A program made the position numbers and the translations under genes. Positions 47,525 to 60,624 of a stretch of 64,000 nt of DNA are shown here, piece by piece. The DNA comes from Felis catus (lineage: Eukaryota): contig NC_058368.1 of NCBI RefSeq assembly GCF_018350175.1, positions 76,696,001-76,760,000 of the forward strand. Direction: 5' to 3'. Numbering within the stretch: position 1 is the first letter of the stretch; the number at the start of each line of letters is the position of its first letter. The notes below the pieces were generated by a model. It did not search any database. It was not told the DNA's origin and saw only the letters and a program-made list of their open reading frames with translations.

Positions 47525-48639
47525 TGACTTTAAGCATCATTCTTAAAGGGCCAAGAACAAGGTTACGTAAAGATGATATAATAGTAATACATGTATTAGT
47601 TCTTCTTACTGTACAAATGTATTAGTTCTTGCGATCGTAGCTGTGCTAACATACGGTTTTATTAAGGTGTTTTAAAGCTAAACCTGGTACTATGTTTAAT
47701 ATATTTAAAATAAAATAAATATATTTAATTATTTAAACACTAAATATATTTTAAATATTTAAATATGTTAAGTTTGTATCTTTGCCATGGCGTATACTAA
47801 TTTTATGAGCGAAAGATATTTCGTTGCCACAATCCCAGCTAAATAAATGATAGAACAACACAAAAGGCCACACACCAAGGAAATAGCCTGGAAAACACAA
47901 ACTCCCACCAGATTCTCAAACACAAGTCCTCCCACGAAGGGACAGCTGTGTTAGTCTGCAGACGCTCGTGGCCGGTGAGCAATAAAAGGAAGGAGCACCC
48001 CAGGACACCAGTAAGCACATTTCCAGAACTCGCCTTTGGGTCACCCCCCGCCTCCCTCTCGCCGGTGCTGCCCTTTTGTCCTGAGTCTGCACATCACAGC
48101 CTCTAGTCACAACCTCCTGTTCCTGAGTGCAAAGTAAATGGAGATCTTCTTGTCTACCTGTGAAACCCGTTGCCAGGAGGACAGAGAGGGCCTTCTTTGT
48201 CTCCATATGGCACTCGGAACTGCCACGTGCATCATCCCTGCACGGGGCAGGGTGAGGCTGGCAGGTGGACACCGATTTGCTAGCTAGCGGGCTTCGCAAA
48301 GGAAAGCGTTGCTTTCGATGTTATTTGTGCCGGGGTCAACGCTGTCCGCTCTTCGTGAGTTCCCGCGCTAGGAAATCGCGCGGTTGCACCCACACCTGCC
48401 CGTGGGGTATCGTTTCCAGCAGCCTGCCTGTTTCTGAGATGTTCTATTTCTCGACAATACCAAATCGATAACCTAATTTGCGGCAACGTACCACATCACA
48501 GCATTTTGTATCACACTTCCGAGAGCTAGCAGCCTGAAATCTTGACAATTGAAGCCCCGTACCAACTCCTGACATTCGGATCTTTGCCAGTGAGAAATAG
48601 GATAATCAGGCTTTTTGTTACAGAACACGGCGCCTGTCC

Positions 48640-49240
48640 TTCCTACTTCTGTCAATAGGCCCGTCACTTAGGTTGTGACCTTTGTCACTGTTACCTTACC
48701 TTCTTCCTCTCCTGTGTGGCTGACAGCATCTCATCAGGCACCAAGTCCTGTGACTTTTCAGGGCGTCTTCCTCTTCTCTATTCCACCTACCTGCAGTGGC
48801 GTCCTCCTCCTGCTGAGATCGGTCACCGCATACCTGGGCTTTCCCTGTCCCTTCCCAGTCCTGCCACCGTCTCGGGGCTCTCCCCGCTCCGGCTCGTTCT
48901 ACTTCAAACACCACCTGACTGGTCTTCATACGATCCTCGTTCTTCATTCTGATAGCCTGCTTAGAAGTTTCCAGTGCCCAGTCTCCCTGATCTTGCTTTC
49001 CAAGCTCGCTCTGTGTCATCCACGCAGGGAGGGATCAGACTCGTCATACGCCCTCGACCACCACACCGATGCCTCACACCACACCTCCACACCTCTGTCC
49101 AGGTGCGGTGCCTCACCAGGGGTCTGCTTCCCGAACTTTCTCTTTATCAGACTGTACCCATCCTTCAAGCTCTGCCCAAATCCAACCTTTTCCATGAAAC
49201 TGCTCCCAAACATCCCTGCCCACAAAGATTTCTCTCTCTG
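48640..49240 (+). mobile_element. L2 remnant
   Basis: CACCAAGTCCTGTGA..TT, CCTCACCAGG..CTGCTTCC.GAAC, CCATCCTTCAAG..CTG..CAAAT..CACC.TTTCCATGAA. Confidence 0.55.
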
Positions 49241-49299
49241 AACTTCTCCTGTCCACTGGCTCTCCAGACATAATCTGTGCCTTTAAAATAGCCTTTCTA

Positions 49300-49425
49300 G
49301 GGGTGACTGGGTGGCTCAGTCCATTAAGCATCCGACTCTTAATTTTGCCTCAGGTCATGGTCTCACGGTTCATGAGTTCGAGCCCCACATCTGGCTCTGT
49401 GCTGACAGCAGGGAGCCTGCTGGGG

Positions 49426-49474
<49 letters not shown>

Positions 49475-49508
49475 ATAAATAAACATTAAAAACTAAAAAT
49501 AAAATAAA
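49300..49508 (+). mobile_element. Can-SINE with long (CT)n
   Basis: TSD TAGCCTTTC. Confidence 0.93.
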
Positions 49509-50915
49509 TTAGCCTTTCCATCTTTATTTGTCACTCATATCCATGGATATACCCATATAGAAACACAGTCATCTGTGTGCACACATATATTTTCCTTACG
49601 TAATTGCTGTCATATAAATATTGTTACATAAAATATTGTTACATGATTTGGTTTTGCTAGACACTACCAGTATACGTTGGAGATCTGTCCCTATGATACA
49701 TATGGGAAAACGGGTGGCTATTTCCTTTTCGTATGTCTTTATTTTTCCGGACTGTCTCCAATCATCATGTGCAAACTTTGTCATGACATGAAAACACGTG
49801 CTTTTCAGACCACAAAACAAGGGGACAAGGAGAAGATACCAACAAGAGGGATCACACCTCAACTTTCTACCCGGTAAGGAAAAAAAAGAATTTCAATGAT
49901 GATAAGAATGAGTAATTGGAGAGCACAAAACTGTATCACCTTTGAAATTCAAAGATTTTCATAGAAGAACTAAGGACAGCTTATCTACCACAATACTCAT
50001 ATTTTCGTTCAATATACATTTAAGCACCTGCTAGACCCAAAGACCCTAGAGTGTGCATCTGAACCAGAAATCAACTGTCTCCAATCCTTGCTCTAGGCTG
50101 ACATCTTATAGAAGTCTGCAGTGATGACCTTACATATGTGTGTGTTTCCTTCCTTGAAACCCCCATTGCACAGAAAATATACCTTGGAAAGGTCATTTGA
50201 CCATATCAACCTATGACCTATCAACCACAGAGTTATAGATAAAGAGTTTACATGAAACATGTGTAACTTGACTTGAATGTCTAAAACATGATATTTGGGA
50301 CCTAAAATGCTTCTGACTTTTTACAGCATCTTCATAGCTATTAATTCATGTTACAGCCACAACATCCTTTGCAGTAGGTAAGCTTTCTGCAGTCTATGGA
50401 TAGAAAAACAAGCATGAGGTGGTCCCGGGACTTGCCTGAACTCAGCGTGCTAGCGAGGCAATGATAGAAAACTGGCTTCTAATGTCATGTCTTTCCCCTG
50501 AGCAGAGTCAAGGAACAAAACTTTGTGTTGACCAGAAAAATTCGCTCCTGGTACCGGAACCAACTTTAACATTCGAACAGAGATATAAATAAGTCGTATG
50601 GCAAGGACCTGGTGCCCAGGGATCTCTGTTGCATGGCCACGGTCACAAGGCACCACTGAACGTTCCAGTTCGTCTTTCCCCTGGTGAATCTGGGTCACTA
50701 GGAACCAGAAAGCACATTTGTTCAAGCACATTCCATTTGATAAGCACAAATAAATGTATTCAGTCGCCTATATTCTAAAACTCTCCAAGCAACACCACCA
50801 TCACATAAATAAAAGAAGCCAAGCTGGAAACACACCTATAACTTCAGGCTCGTGCGATGTTTTGTAAAATACTGATTTTAATATCTGCTCAAATGCAGAG
50901 AATGAGTGGGAGTAG

Positions 50916-50918
<3 letters not shown>

Positions 50919-50954
<36 letters not shown>

Positions 50955-50958
50955 ACAC
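50919..50958. repeat. (AC)n microsatellite, one interruption
   Basis: Dinucleotide run. Confidence 0.95.
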
Positions 50959-51798
50959 AAAGACCATCTGTTACTTATTTAAGCCATTCTTAGACAAGAA
51001 TATATTACTTTTCAGGGGAAAAATATTGTTCTTTCCAGAGGAATAGGAATGTGATATAAACAATGAGATGAGATAAAGCTGTTTATATCAAAGGGTGAAT
51101 CAGATTATAACACTGAAAAATAGTACACATTTCCTGTTATTGCTGCTATAAGTAAAACAGTATTTGAAAGACAAATTGCCATGTTACTATTCTTGAAAAT
51201 CCCAGGCTCTTCTATAAGTAATGACATCTTGGTAGACATGAGACCAACCGAGTGCAGACATATCTCCATCTACATAATTTAAGGGGGGGAAAAAATCAAA
51301 TGTTTCTCCTTCAGAAAAGAGAACATGTTTTCCTTTAAAACGTAAGGAATCTACACAAGCTTAAATTTAAGGCAAACAAAAGCCACAAACAGGGAAGGGA
51401 AGACATAAGCATCAAGGATGCTCCCAGGGGACTGGATGCACAGCCCCGGCTCTGGAGACCGTGTTTGGGGCATGAGTGCCAGGCAGTGACCCAGCAGGTC
51501 CCCAGATTGGACGTGCTCCCAGCTGTGCACAAGCCCCAGGAGCCTCGACGACCACAGCTTTAACAAGACACAGGACAGAGGACACTGACATCCTCACCTC
51601 GGGCAGTGGGCACAGCACATTGCCCACGTCGACCACACAGGGACACACACGTCGTAGGTATTTACCACCCACCCCACCACTGGCTCCCACGCGGGGCGGG
51701 CATCCACGGAAAGCAGCCTGGGTCTCAGCATGGACAGACAGCGGCTCTCAGCGACAGGCCCCTGCCTCACTCCCACGCCACCGTATCTGGAAGCTCTA

Positions 51799-51845
51799 AT
51801 CCCACCTCTTAGCAACTCCGATCCCACCTCTTAGCAACTCCGATC
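51799..51845 (+). repeat. 22-bp perfect tandem duplication
   Basis: ATCCCACCTCTTAGCAACTCCG x2 followed by ATC. Confidence 0.96.
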
Positions 51846-53119
51846 TCCCGAAAGCAAGGAGCAATTACAGCAACAAAACTGGGATGTCTACAGGTCTCGA
51901 ACATCCAGCGAGAAGTTGGCTCCCAGCCCTGCCCTCTCTGGCGGCCAATGGGGAAGCATCTGTGTCCCAAAGTCACAGCCAACTTTGAAGGGCAGGCTAA
52001 CAGTGGATCTAAATCCTTGCAACATAAAGCTGGCCTTCTTGGAATAGTTCTTACAAGTTTGAGTCTAGAGATGTCCTCCAGAGAGGGGTAGAGAGAGAAA
52101 TACCTATCTCTGCTCCTACCCCCTTCCCTGATTGGCCTGTCTCCCTTGCTATGGTGCCTAGACTGTCCCCAGTGAGGCCGTGAGAGGTCTCAAGAGGACT
52201 TTGGGAGGCTCCCCAATGTCGCCCAGAGTGTCCACCTCTCTGCTTGAGGAGCCTCGGTGCCACGGGGGACGTGTGGCCACCTCCGGGCCGTGGGGGGAGA
52301 ACAGTGTTAAGAACTTGGTAGCAGTCCCGTATTCCATCTACATCACATCTCCTCTGGCCCTTCAGCAGCTCACGTCTCTTCCCTTGATCCCCAATCTCAC
52401 TGTCCCTTCTGTTTGTGCCCCTCTTGGGAGACAATGCCTCATGGTGGAAAGACGCGCAAAGGAAACAATCGGCAATCCAGAGGTCGTCCAGACTCAGGGT
52501 TGAATAATCAGCTCGATCACATCAATCGCTCAACCTCAGGCAAAGTTTAACCTCTGTGTCTCCACCTGTCCAACGTGACAATAATGCTATGTGCTTCCCA
52601 CATTTGTTACGATAATTAAATGAAATAATGAGCCTATGGTGCTTGGTATTTGGTTGATGCTTGTTCAATAGTTGTCTTTTTTTTTTTTTCCCCTCCCTCA
52701 CTGCCCTTTCTCTCCCCCCTTCCTGACTGAAACTGGATCGGGGGAAAAACAAATGAACGAGTTATGGAAAAATCAGAGAATTTCAGACCCAGAAAGTCAT
52801 GGAAGGCTCGTACAATCCAATGTGCTTATTTTAAAATAATAGATGAGGGCATTGAGGCTCAGAAAAGTGAAAGAACTTTCTGGAGGCCACACACCAGGTA
52901 CATGGGCAGTTCACGACCCCGTGAACAAACCAAACGGAGAGAGGTGTGTGGCTACCATTTCTGCGTTCTCTCTGATCCATATTTCATTCAGAAAACATAA
53001 TTCTATGACTAAAAAAAAAAAAGCCTAAATGATTTTTATTGAAATTCTTCAAAACTGGGGTCATTAATCAGTTTACACTTCTAACCCGTAAGTTCATATC
53101 TTTAAAATGGTTTGCCCAA

Positions 53120-53319
53120 TTTTTAAATGATTTCGTTATTTTTGAGGGGGGAGGGGGCGCTTGAGCGGGGGAGGGGCACAGAGAGAGGGGGACAGAGGAT
53201 CCGAAGTGGGTTCGGCGCTGACAGCAGACAGCCCGATGCGGAGCTCGAACTCACGAACTAAGAGATCGTGACCTGAGCCAAAGTCAGATGCTCAACCGAA
53301 GGAGCCACCCAGGCGCCCC
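53120..53319 (-). mobile_element. Can-SINE
   Basis: Ends GAGCCACCCAGGCGCCCC. Confidence 0.92.
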
Positions 53320-53714
53320 GGTTTACCTGCTTTTACAATCCCTCCCAAAACATCCAAAGAGTCGAATGCACATATTTCCTATCTGTCAAACCACAAGTAT
53401 CTGGCCACGCTCTGGTTTTCCTCTACCAGCTCCTGAGCCCCGCACTGGAGCCAACCCAGGGCTGCCCTCTGCGGCCCACCAGGCTCCCGGGTTTTCTGCC
53501 TGCCCCACAACATTGAGGCCGGCTGGCCCTTGTCTCTGTAGGATGGGACACGGTGACTTGATAAGACAATCCATGCTGGGGTGAGGGCTGAGTGGAGGCT
53601 GCTCAACTCACCCCTCACACTTCTCCGTGGTTTTAGGTAAAATGTCTCACTTAGCGGTGACTCGTGACAGTGTGCCATCGCCGTTTCTCCGAGGGGCTTT
53701 CTCCGGAGAAGAAC

Positions 53715-53717
<3 letters not shown>

Positions 53718-53750
<33 letters not shown>
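53718..53750. repeat. (TG)16 microsatellite
   Basis: Perfect dinucleotide run. Confidence 0.97.
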
Positions 53751-53752
<2 letters not shown>

Positions 53753-54230
53753 GGAGGACGGGGTGCTTTCTTTGTTCCCAAAGCCCTGGAAGAGGCTTCT
53801 CTGACTACAGCATCTGGACCCCTGTCTGAGTCAAGCCCCATAGTCATGAATTCTTTCTTCAACACCATTCATAAAAACAAGCATGCGTGACTAACCATGA
53901 GGTGAGGCAGTGACACAGTTGATGGGACTTATCTCATCTACCCAGCGTGTCAGCTCCATGTCGAAGGGGGAGACTTTGGGCACCAAATCCCCGGCTGGAA
54001 AAAGATAAAGAGCTTAAAGCAGCAAGCATTTATGTATGGGTGGCTCTGGGATCCGTCTGAAACCAGCACCCTTGAGCAGCTCCCCGAGCCCCACTTGGCC
54101 AAATTCTTAGCCTAAAAAGGACGGAATTGGTTCTGTGCTCTTCCTGCCCTCAGAGGGTCTGCAAAGCCAAAGCCCCACATTGGTTAAAGGCCCCTCCCCA
54201 CCCTTATAAGTGCAATTCTGAAAATTATTC

Positions 54231-54404
54231 TTAATTAATTAATTAACTTATTTATTTATTTATATTTGAGAGAGCACAGGAGAAAGAGAAAGAGACAGAG
54301 AGTCACAAGCAGGCCCCATGCTCTGTGTGGAGCCCCACAGGGGGGCTCGATCCCACGACTCTGGGATCGTGACCTGAGCTGAAATCAACCACCAATTGAG
54401 CCCC
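54231..54404 (-). mobile_element. Can-SINE, older, with degenerate head
   Basis: TTTATTTATT...GAGAGA...GGGGCTCGATCCCACGAC..GGGATCGTGACCTGAGCTGAAATCAA. Confidence 0.85.
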
Positions 54405-54410
54405 TTGAAA

Positions 54411-54632
54411 ATTTTTTTAAACTTTTTTTTAATGTTTATTCATTATTGGGAGATAGAGACAGAGCATGAGCAGGGGAGCGGCAGAGAGAGGGGGAGACAC
54501 AGAATCCGAAGCAGGCTCCAGGCTCCGAGCTGTCCGCACAGAGCCTGACGCGGGGTTCAAACTCACCAACTGCGAGATCGTGACCTGAGCCGAAGTCGGA
54601 TGCCCAACCGACTGAGCCACCCAGGCGCCCCC
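54411..54632 (-). mobile_element. Can-SINE
   Basis: Full length; TSD-like GAAAATT.TTTT.AA. Confidence 0.95.
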
Positions 54633-54913
54633 GAAAATTATTTTTAAATGCATGATGCAAGGGACGGGGTATTTCTTGCTGTAAGATGTTAAACCCGCCC
54701 GTCAAATATGCATTCATTTGTTCATTCAGTCTTTAGCCAATCACTCAAAGCACAGGTGTATAATGGATCATCTATGGATTTGGGGTCAGAAAGACCGAAG
54801 GCAGAATGTTAGCTCCACTATTTCCCATTTGAATACTCTGCTCTCTGACCCTAGGAAAACTCTTTCAGTATCTGAGCCTCAGTATCATCGCGTAGTAAAA
54901 ATTAGGGAAATAA

Positions 54914-55107
54914 GGGGCGCCTGGGGGGGCTCAGTCAGTTAAGCATCCAACTCTGATTTCGGCTCAGGTCGTGATCTCACGGTTCAGGAGTTCAAGCCCC
55001 TCGTCGGGCTCCGTGCTGGCAGGTGGAGCCTACTTGGGATTGTCTCTCTCTCTCCCTCTCTTTGTGCCCCTCCCCCACCTCTCTCTCAAAATAAATACAA
55101 TAAACTT
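54914..55107 (+). mobile_element. Can-SINE inserted into a MIR
   Basis: TSD-like TTAGG.AAATAA; MIR core (CTGAGCCTCAGT...AATGCCAACCTCACAGG..GTGAAGATTAA) split around it. Confidence 0.92.
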
Positions 55108-56196
55108 AGGAAAATAATGCCAACCTCACAGGTTCGTGGTGAAGATTAATCCAGATTAACCATAACCCGTGCGGAGTGCTCCACACACAGCAGCGACTGG
55201 GTAGGAGAAAGCGCCTCGCCACCGACTTCCAACCTAAGGGCATCAGCTATCAGTTCGCATCAGATCAAGGTCCAGGCCAACGTTGTGGGCAACGTCGCCA
55301 TTGGATGTACGGAAATCCACGTTCCTCCCGCATGCGGCTCTCCCGATCGCTGCTTTGCTATGCCCAACTTCTTGGCATTTTCCCGAGTCCCCCACCACAA
55401 GGCTGCTTCTGGTTTCTCACCTCGTCTCTGGACCTTCTAATCAGTTCCAGACAAACCACCTCATCCAACTGCCCCGCAGCTGAGCAGTGACGCCATCCTG
55501 GGTTGGGACCACCGCCTGGTTCTCAGCACAGCTGGTCAAGGGAGTGTGCTCACAGGCAAAGAGCGTGAGACAGCGCGGCGGGGCAGGACGGCATCCTCAG
55601 GAACCTGTCACCCTGTGGAACTGGACAATGAATCTACGAGATCATTTACCTCCAACTTTCTCGTTTTTAGGAAGGAACAAGGCTTAAGTTTACACATAGT
55701 TACACAGCGAGTTAAATGGCTAGATTTCCTCCTTTCTCTGCTACTCAGAAGTAAATTCTTGCTTGGTTGTCCCCCAAACTATCCCCACACTTCAAAAGAT
55801 TAAGTGCTTATATCAAAAATACCACATATTCCCCTCAAACAACTCCATGATTTCCTGATTACCCACAATAGGTTCCCAATGGTCACGAAACAGCATTTTC
55901 CATTTTGACAACTGATACTTCGTGGAGGCCAACTTCCACTTTAGGAATTCGAGTCTAGTTAGCACCTGCCCGTCCAGAAGCCACAAGCTGGCACACCCTC
56001 ACCCTTCTGCCCCCCGGGGGCTCCTGAAGTGACTCTGTAGCAGACAGTCTCCATGCCTGCACGTCTCAGGTGTTGAGTGAAGAAGCATCCAAGAGTCTGC
56101 CCCACGTCTATCTACACCCTGAAATCCAGTAGTTTCTTTTCTGAAAATAATACACGGCTGTGGTTAAAGATAAATTCAAATAGCACAGGAGCACAG

Positions 56197-56570
56197 TGTA
56201 TTAGTCGGGGTCCTTCAGAAAAACAGAAGCAACGAGACACATATCTGTTTGGAGAGACAGAGTGATTTTAAAGAATTGGCTCACGTGATCACGGGACTGG
56301 CAAGCCTACAGTCGGTAGGTCAGGCTGGCAGGTCCGAAGTTCAGGCAGGATCTCGGTGCTGTGGGCTTGAGGCAAAATTCCTTCTCCTGGAAAGCTCAGT
56401 ATTGGCTCTTGAGGCCTTCCGCTGATGGGATGAGCTCAGAGTAAGGGGACGACTGCTTTACTGAAAGTCAACAGGTTGAAAGTGTTCATCACATCTGAAA
56501 ACTATGTTCACAGCAACATCTCGAGCGTGTTTCCAGGGACGGAGTCGGCTCTGTTGGCATCTAAAGGTCC
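56197..56570 (-). mobile_element. MLT2 (ERVL) solo LTR
   Basis: TGTATTAGTC.GGGT.CT.CAGA.AAACAGAA...TTTTAAAGAATTGGCTCACGTGAT...GGCTGGCAGG. Confidence 0.8.
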
Positions 56571-56844
56571 AGTTTGGAAGAAAGCCCTTGACTTTAAGCC
56601 TGATAGTCGTTCGATCTTTGCTTTTTGCCAGGCTGTGTGGCCGTCTCGTGTATGGCCAGCGGCTCTGTGATGTGGGTGCTATTAACAAACCCATGGAGCT
56701 ACAAAGGAAAGGTATTAAGATCCTTTCCACCGAACACATCTGATGACAAGAAACCCTCAATCTGCAGATGGGAAAACAAAACCACGTGACCTGTTTTTAT
56801 TGGGGAATTAGAGGCAGAACAGCTTGAGAAAAGATCCAGAGGTA

Positions 56845-57050
56845 GCGGTGCCCGGGTGGCTCAGTTGGTTAAATGCCCAGCTTCGACTCGGGTCATGATC
56901 GCGAGGTCCGTGGGGTCGAGCCCCGTGTCGGGCCCTGTGCCGCCAGCTCGGAGCCTGGAGCCTGCTTCGGATTCTGTGTCTCCCTCCCTCTCTGCACCTC
57001 CCCCGCTGTCTCTCTCTCTCTCTCTCTCAAAAATAAATAAACATTAAACA
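56845..57050 (+). mobile_element. Can-SINE
   Basis: TSD-like AAGAT(C/T)CAGAGG. Confidence 0.93.
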
Positions 57051-58354
57051 AATTTTGAAAGAGAAGATTCAGAGGCATTCTCGGTGCAAATTTTATTTAA
57101 GGCACCACAAGTCTAGAACCCTTGAGCAACACCAGAGGGACCTACTCTGGGTTGTGTTTTCCTCGCCTCCCTATACAGACAGCAATATTCCTATTTTAAA
57201 TTATTTATTATGTTGTGTTCCCAATTAAGCTATAATGTGACAGGCAAGCTACTTTACAAGGCAATAAAAAAAATAATCATGCTCCCCAGTGAGTAAACTA
57301 CAAGGCCAAAAGGTGAGTTGTTTATATCCACGAGAGAACCGTTTCACGGCGGTGAAAAATGGTGGTCACGTCTTCTCGTTGTTGCTACAAGTAAAAACAG
57401 CCATAGAGGAGAACAAGATCAACCAGTTACCTGGCTCCTTGAAAGCACCTATTTTTGGAACAATGACAAAGCCGTGTTTGCACAGGGAGCAAAAAACGAT
57501 TGATAGAAGGGGTGAAAGGAACCCAGTCCTGCCCCAAATTAGGGCCCCCGGGCGTAGACTGAAACGTTGGAAGGTTCAGGAGCAGAAAAGGCTCTCCCTG
57601 AGTATGTGAATGGCCGGGAAATGCACTAGTAGATGAACCTGACTTGAGAGACCCATCTTCTTAACAAGATGAACGAATCGTATCTTAATTTCAGGTTAGC
57701 GCGTCTACGAAAAACTAGAATGATGTTAAGGGCCCTGCCTTGTCGCCAGGGTGGTTTATGGGAGGCCTGAGGGGCTACATATGGCCACCAGAAGGGAGCC
57801 GGTCTCCAAACAAAAACAAAACCCACTGAAAGCCCTCAGCCTCCAGGAACGCCAGAGTGACCACCTGCCGAGAGGCTTCGTACGTTGCAGCTGGAAGTGG
57901 CTGGTGACAGGTGAGCCCCAGGGGTGAGAGAGGGGACCGGGGTGGGAGGGGGGGCATGCCGTCACAGCTGTCTTCTGCCCGCACCCCGGGGGGTGGCACA
58001 GGCTGTCTGTGCTGCGAGTCTGTGTATCCGAGGAGGCTGCAAGAGGCAGGAGGGAAGGGAGAGGAGGAGAAAGCATATGGACTTTCCACGGACTGAGCCA
58101 GGTCCGGAAGCCAGGAGAGAAGTGCCCTCCTTCCAGGCGTCGGATGCAGTCGCTCCGAGAAAGGACCTTCTTCTCCATCCTGTTACTCACTCGGCGTCCT
58201 CACTGCCAAGAACCGCGCCCGCCGAGCAGCGCCCTCCGTGCCATTCGCTGCCTGCAGCGATGACTCAGCGCGTCTCCGCAAGTTGTACTTTTCAGCCTCA
58301 AAGGCAAGGAGTCCTACCAGCCCCTCGCTCCGTTAAATTCTGTCTCTTGCTGTC

Positions 58355-58720
58355 GCGTCTTGGTCCATTGGGGCTGTCATCACAAAATACCATAGTCTGG
58401 GGGCTGAAGTAACAACCGTTTATTTCCCAGAGTCCTGGAGGCTGCAAGTCGGAGATCGGGTGCTGGCAGACGCAGGGTCTGGCGAACTCCCTTCCTTGTT
58501 TGCAGATGGCTGCTTCGCTGCCGTGGCCTCACGTGACAGGGAGACGGAGATCTCGTGTCCCTTCTCCTTTCAAAAGGCCACTAATGGCGTCACAAGGATC
58601 GCACTCCTAACCTCATCTGACGGTACTCACCTCTCAAAGGCCCTTCCTCCAAACAGCATCACCTTGGGGGTGAGGGCACAAACGTATGAATGGGGGCGGG
58701 TGCATAGGGGACGGTCTCCC
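58355..58720 (-). mobile_element. MLT1 (MaLR) solo LTR
   Basis: GTCTTGGTCCATT.GGGCTG...CAAAATACCATAG.CTGGG...TTTATTTC.CA.AGT.CTGGAGGCTG.AAGTC. Confidence 0.85.
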
Positions 58721-59397
58721 ACGACGGCCACCATCCATTCTCTACCCCTCTGGCAGCCTATGCTGCTCCTCAAGCCGGAGGAAAACCCTTGTCCCTCTCC
58801 CCTTGGGTTCCCACTGGTCTCGGACAGTGCCGCAAGCGACCAAATGTGGCAACAGTGGTGCCGTGCCTGTGCCGAGGCCAGCCTTCCAGCTTTCTTCAGC
58901 CTGCTGCTTGGAAGCCCGTCTCCATGCCGGAAGGCCGACTACTCCCAAGTCAGCAAGTGGTGAAAAGCTCAAGCTGGCTCATGTGGCGAGAAAGGGGCAC
59001 CGCGGAGCCAGCCGCGTGAGCAAAGCCTGTTTGGACCTTCCAGCTCAGCCCCAACGGTCCGCCGAGCGGAGGAAAAAGTGAGACCCACCGACGGCACGAG
59101 GAGTAGCATCGTGAGCCCTGCCCGAATTCCTAACCCACCATGTGCTTTCAAGCACTCAACCTTAAGGTCCACAGGTCTGCAGCAGTCGAGCGTTAAAACA
59201 CACAGAAAGGTTAAAACATGTGTTCGAAGAAAAGCCATCCGGCAGCCACATAACCAGGACTCACAGAAGCTGAGGCTGTCTGGGTGTTTCTTACATCTCA
59301 AAAACTTCCTGCGTCCCTTTCAGTGGGTCTCCGTTCACAGTCTTTGAACAAGCGGCAGGTTTTTGTGTTTTGGGCGGGGGGTGGGGGGTGGGGGTGG

Positions 59398-59563
59398 TTT
59401 CATGTTATTTTGAGAGCGTGAGGGGCAGAGAGAGAGAACCCCAAGCAGGCTCTGCGCTGTCAGCCCAGAGCCCAGTGCGGGGCTCGCACTCACAACGTCA
59501 GATCATGACCTGAACCAAAGCCAAGAGCTGGACGCGTAACCACGGGAGCCACCCAGGCGCCCC
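59398..59563 (-). mobile_element. Can-SINE, short
   Basis: Ends GAGCCACCCAGGCGCCCC. Confidence 0.9.
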
Positions 59564-60562
59564 AAGGGTCAGGTGTTCAGTCACCCCTGGGGTCAGAGTG
59601 CTAAAGCAAGGCCAACTTGTAGATTGCTGTTCAGCTTGAGGATGGCTGACTTTGGATCAGAAGCAAATCCTCGGCTGTCACCTGGGGCACGGAATCACAC
59701 TCTTACAACCTTGCCGGATACCGGAGAGCTGGGACTGTGTTCTTCCCTCTGGAACATCCCACCTCTCGGTCTCTTTAGGCTAACCTGACTGCACCAGGCC
59801 AGAACCCCGGGGTGGGCCGGGGACCCTGCTTGCTCTCATATCCGTGTGGATCCCCCACAGTTTCGGGGGACACTGTATGTAGGTCACAGAGACAAATGGG
59901 AACGGAGAGGAACACAGCTCTCGCCTCCAACAACCCAATACCGTTGCCTTCCATGTGCTAAAGAGATTTTCGGCTTTTCCACAGTTTGGAGGAGTGGTTA
60001 TTACCATAGGACACTTTCCTCAGTCTTCAGTAAATTTCTGGATTCAATTTGCGAGTTTGGATATGGATGTGAATATTTTCCTGCCACTGGGAAAACAAAT
60101 GAAGCCTGAGACTTGCTGGGAATGGCTGGGACTCCAAAGGAATCCCTCTACTAACACGCAGTGCAAATTAGAAGCCAGAATAACGCCTCATCATTATAGC
60201 CCCGCCGACAACTAGTGCTTTGGGATCTTTTTGATTTGGGGTTTCTCCTTGGAAGAGCCATGCCCCCTGGATGATTCCTCATGATCCTTCCCACGTCGGA
60301 TATGTATCTTGCCCTATTAAAGAAATGCAACCCACCCCCACCCCCACCCCCAGACAACTCTCTCATTTCCTAAGACACCTGCAGAATGAAATTCATCGCA
60401 AGGGGTGGAACATGGACCTTGGGTAATTAACACACTGCAGGGGCCAGTGCTTTCCAGTAGGTGTTCTCGGGCTAAAAAGTCAGTTCACAGCATTAAAAAT
60501 TGAACGGTCATGCAGAAACTGCTGCTGATTCATCACGAGCAGCCCCCCAACTGCCCCATCAC

Positions 60563-60624
60563 CTCATGAAGTTTCATTTTTCTGGTCAAAAGCACCAGGG
60601 AGAGTGGTGATTTCACAGACTGTC
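60563..60624 (-). other. Candidate small exon (62 nt)
   Basis: ttcttctattttcttctcag| strong acceptor; GAG|gtgatg donor. Confidence 0.2.

Noticed and set aside
57782..57800. CTCF-like TGGCCACCAGAAGGGAGCC (and a similar site near 18868)
   Set aside because: Mismatches in the core GGC positions; cannot be supported without a PWM scan or ChIP data.
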